A stretch of 64,000 bases of DNA from Acidimicrobiia bacterium (lineage in GTDB: Bacteria; Actinomycetota; Acidimicrobiia; IMCC26256; PALSA-555), in contig JBCKKA010000002.1 of the NCBI GenBank assembly GCA_038904515.1, positions 1,215 to 65,214 on the forward strand, read 5' to 3'. Position numbers and translations under genes: made by a program. Shown here one piece after another: positions 62,583 to 64,000 of this stretch. The notes under the pieces were generated by a model. It had not been told where the DNA came from, searched no databases, and saw nothing but the letters and a program-made list of their open reading frames with translations. Every line of letters starts with the position of its first letter. Position 1 is the stretch's first letter.

Positions 62583-64000
62583 ATGCAGCCGTCTCGGCTT
62601 GTGGTGCTTGCCGCTGGGGTTGGTTCGCGCCTCGAGTCCAAGGTGGGTGCGAAACCTTTGGTGCGGGTCGGGGGTATAACACTCCTGGAACGGTCAATCG
62701 TCGCGGCGCACGAGGCCGGCTTCGACGACGTCGTCGTCGTCACGGGCCACGAACACGAACGTGTCGCCCGGGAGGCCTTCGACGTGAGCCGTCGCCGAGG
62801 GCTGCGCGTTGCCGTCGTCCATAACGCGCGCTATCGGGAGGGCAACGGACTCTCCGTCCTCGTCGCGAAGGACGTCGTCGGCGACGCACCGTTCGCGCTG
62901 GTGATGGCCGATCACGTCTTCACGTCGGCACTGCTGCGCCGACTCCGGGCGACGTCGGTGCGACCGGGCGAGGTCGTCGTCGCCGTGGACCGCTCGCTCG
63001 GACGGGCCGCCGGTGTCGACCCGGCCGACGCGATGAAGGTTCTACTCACCGGCGACCGCGTCGACGCCATCGGCAAGATGCTGCCCACCTACGACGCGTT
63101 CGACGTGGGCGCCTTCGTCTGTAGCACGGCGGTGTTCGACGCGGTCGAAGAAGCCGCGGCATGCGGCGACACCGCGTTCGCGGGTGCCGTGCAAGTGCTC
63201 GCCAGCCTCGGCACGGCACGCGCGCTGCCTCTCAAGGACGACGAATGGTGGTTTGATGTCGACACTCCGACCGACTGTCGCCGCGGCAGCCGGTTTCTGT
63301 TCCGAAGTACCGGTAAGGCGCTCGACGGCGCCGTGGCGACGCGCTTGAACCGAGCGGTTTCGCAGCGTTTCGTGACCCCGGTGCTGCTCGGCGTCTTCCC
63401 CTCGATCACCCCGAACCAGGTCACGATTGTCGCGTTCGCCGTAGCGTTCGCCGCCGCGGCGGCCCTGGCCGCCCACGCCCCGCTGGTAGCCGCGGTCCTC
63501 ATCATGGCGGCAAGCGTGCTCGACGGCAGCGACGGCGAGATCGCCCGCCTCGCGCACCGCTCGTCGCGCTTCGGCGCGTTCTTCGACGCGGTCCTCGACC
63601 GGGCTGCGGACGGTCTACTCTTTATCGGCGCGGCCATCTACCTCGCGACCTCGGGTGACCTCGCCGGCCCTCTTGGGTCGGCCCAGGTGCCGGTCGTGAT
63701 AGCCGTCGCCGGCCTGGCACTTGTCGGGCACCTGCTCGTCAGCTACACCACGGCCAAGGCCGCCGTCGACCTGGGCCACAGGTACCACGGCACCATCCTC
63801 GCGGGTGGCCGCGGGCGCGACCTGCGACTGCTGATCCTGACGCTCGGCGCCTTGGGCGCGGCAGTGGATGCCAACTCGCTGCTGGCCGCGCTCGCCGTCG
63901 TGGCTGTCCTGTGCGCGGGGATCGTGAGCGTGCGGCTGCGGGCGTCCTGGTGGGCGGACGGACCCGGCGCGCACTACATGGGGGTGCGTGCCGTGGCGTT
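62583..64000 (+). CDS. bifunctional nucleotidyltransferase / CDP-alcohol phosphatidyltransferase (IPCT/DIPPS-like), 3' end outside window; NOT in the supplied ORF track
   Basis: My own translation from ATG 62583 (SD AAGAAGGAG at 62564-62572) has no stop up to 64000. LVVLAAGVGSRL...GNGLSV...WWFDVDTPTD, then TM helices and DGSDGEIARLAHRSSRFGAFFDAVLDRAAD (the D-G-x2-A-R-x8-G-x3-D-x3-D motif). G/C at third positions is 34 of 40 hand-counted codons. Confidence 0.8.
   Translation, partial: MQPSRLVVLAAGVGSRLESKVGAKPLVRVGGITLLERSIVAAHEAGFDDVVVVTGHEHERVAREAFDVSRRRGLRVAVVHNARYREGNGLSVLVAKDVVGDAPFALVMADHVFTSALLRRLRATSVRPGEVVVAVDRSLGRAAGVDPADAMKVLLTGDRVDAIGKMLPTYDAFDVGAFVCSTAVFDAVEEAAACGDTAFAGAVQVLASLGTARALPLKDDEWWFDVDTPTDCRRGSRFLFRSTGKALDGAVATRLNRAVSQRFVTPVLLGVFPSITPNQVTIVAFAVAFAAAAALAAHAPLVAAVLIMAASVLDGSDGEIARLAHRSSRFGAFFDAVLDRAADGLLFIGAAIYLATSGDLAGPLGSAQVPVVIAVAGLALVGHLLVSYTTAKAAVDLGHRYHGTILAGGRGRDLRLLILTLGALGAAVDANSLLAALAVVAVLCAGIVSVRLRASWWADGPGAHYMGVRAVA

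Noticed and set aside
63042-63974. Minus-strand ORFs (63042..63557, 63089..63637 and 63615..63974, plus 62528..62743 and 62694..62915), which are the only track entries at the 3' end of the window.
   Set aside because: They are antisense shadows of the plus-strand open frame from 62583. That frame has a strong SD, two recognisable catalytic signatures and a coherent codon bias. The shadow ORFs are Arg/Ala/Gly-rich with no motifs.

Overview
This 64-kb segment looks like an Actinomycetota chromosome. Supporting signs are a WhiB regulator, an MmpL transporter, an LLM/F420-type oxidoreductase, GAAC-N4-GTTC LexA boxes, and the synteny miaB-miaA-dapF-hflX ... lexA / LysM / nrdR. I count about 60 protein genes. 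I found no rRNA, tRNA, CRISPR array, transposase, integrase, phage gene or known defence system. Layout: (i) 1-11 kb is a housekeeping block, miaB-miaA-dapF-hflX-dapC-dapD, then lexA divergent from LysM-nrdR-nrdJ, with readable LexA and NrdR operators. (ii) 11-22 kb is mixed: a GC-rich inserted membrane-protein gene, a GMC oxidoreductase pair whose large subunit carries an in-frame TAA, MaoC dehydratase, a cation antiporter, whiB, trpD, a DEDDh exonuclease and a NYN protein. (iii) 22-54 kb is an acyl-CoA catabolic region with six acyl-CoA dehydrogenases, thiolase, an Ltp/DUF35 pair, family I and III CoA-transferases, crotonase, acyl-CoA ligase, P450, a fused EtfB-EtfA and an embedded gltA. (iv) 55-62 kb is an envelope block: MmpL divergent from acyl-ACP thioesterase, GT2, YdjC deacetylase, a GT-C-like membrane protein, SDR and gamma-CA. 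(v) From 62.6 kb to the end a very GC-rich open frame, absent from the supplied ORF track, encodes a nucleotidyltransferase fused to a CDP-alcohol phosphatidyltransferase (IPCT/DIPPS-like). The most unusual points: at least eight unrelated short tandem arrays (8-22 bp units) sit directly at or just upstream of start codons; two compositional islands (one bracketed by a 17-nt direct repeat); a nonsense-interrupted gene; an internally deleted molybdoenzyme gene; and a GT2/YdjC/GT-C triad that predicts a polyprenyl-phosphate-hexosamine envelope modification route. All family calls come from reading motifs by eye. No database search was run. All GC figures are hand counts on small samples.
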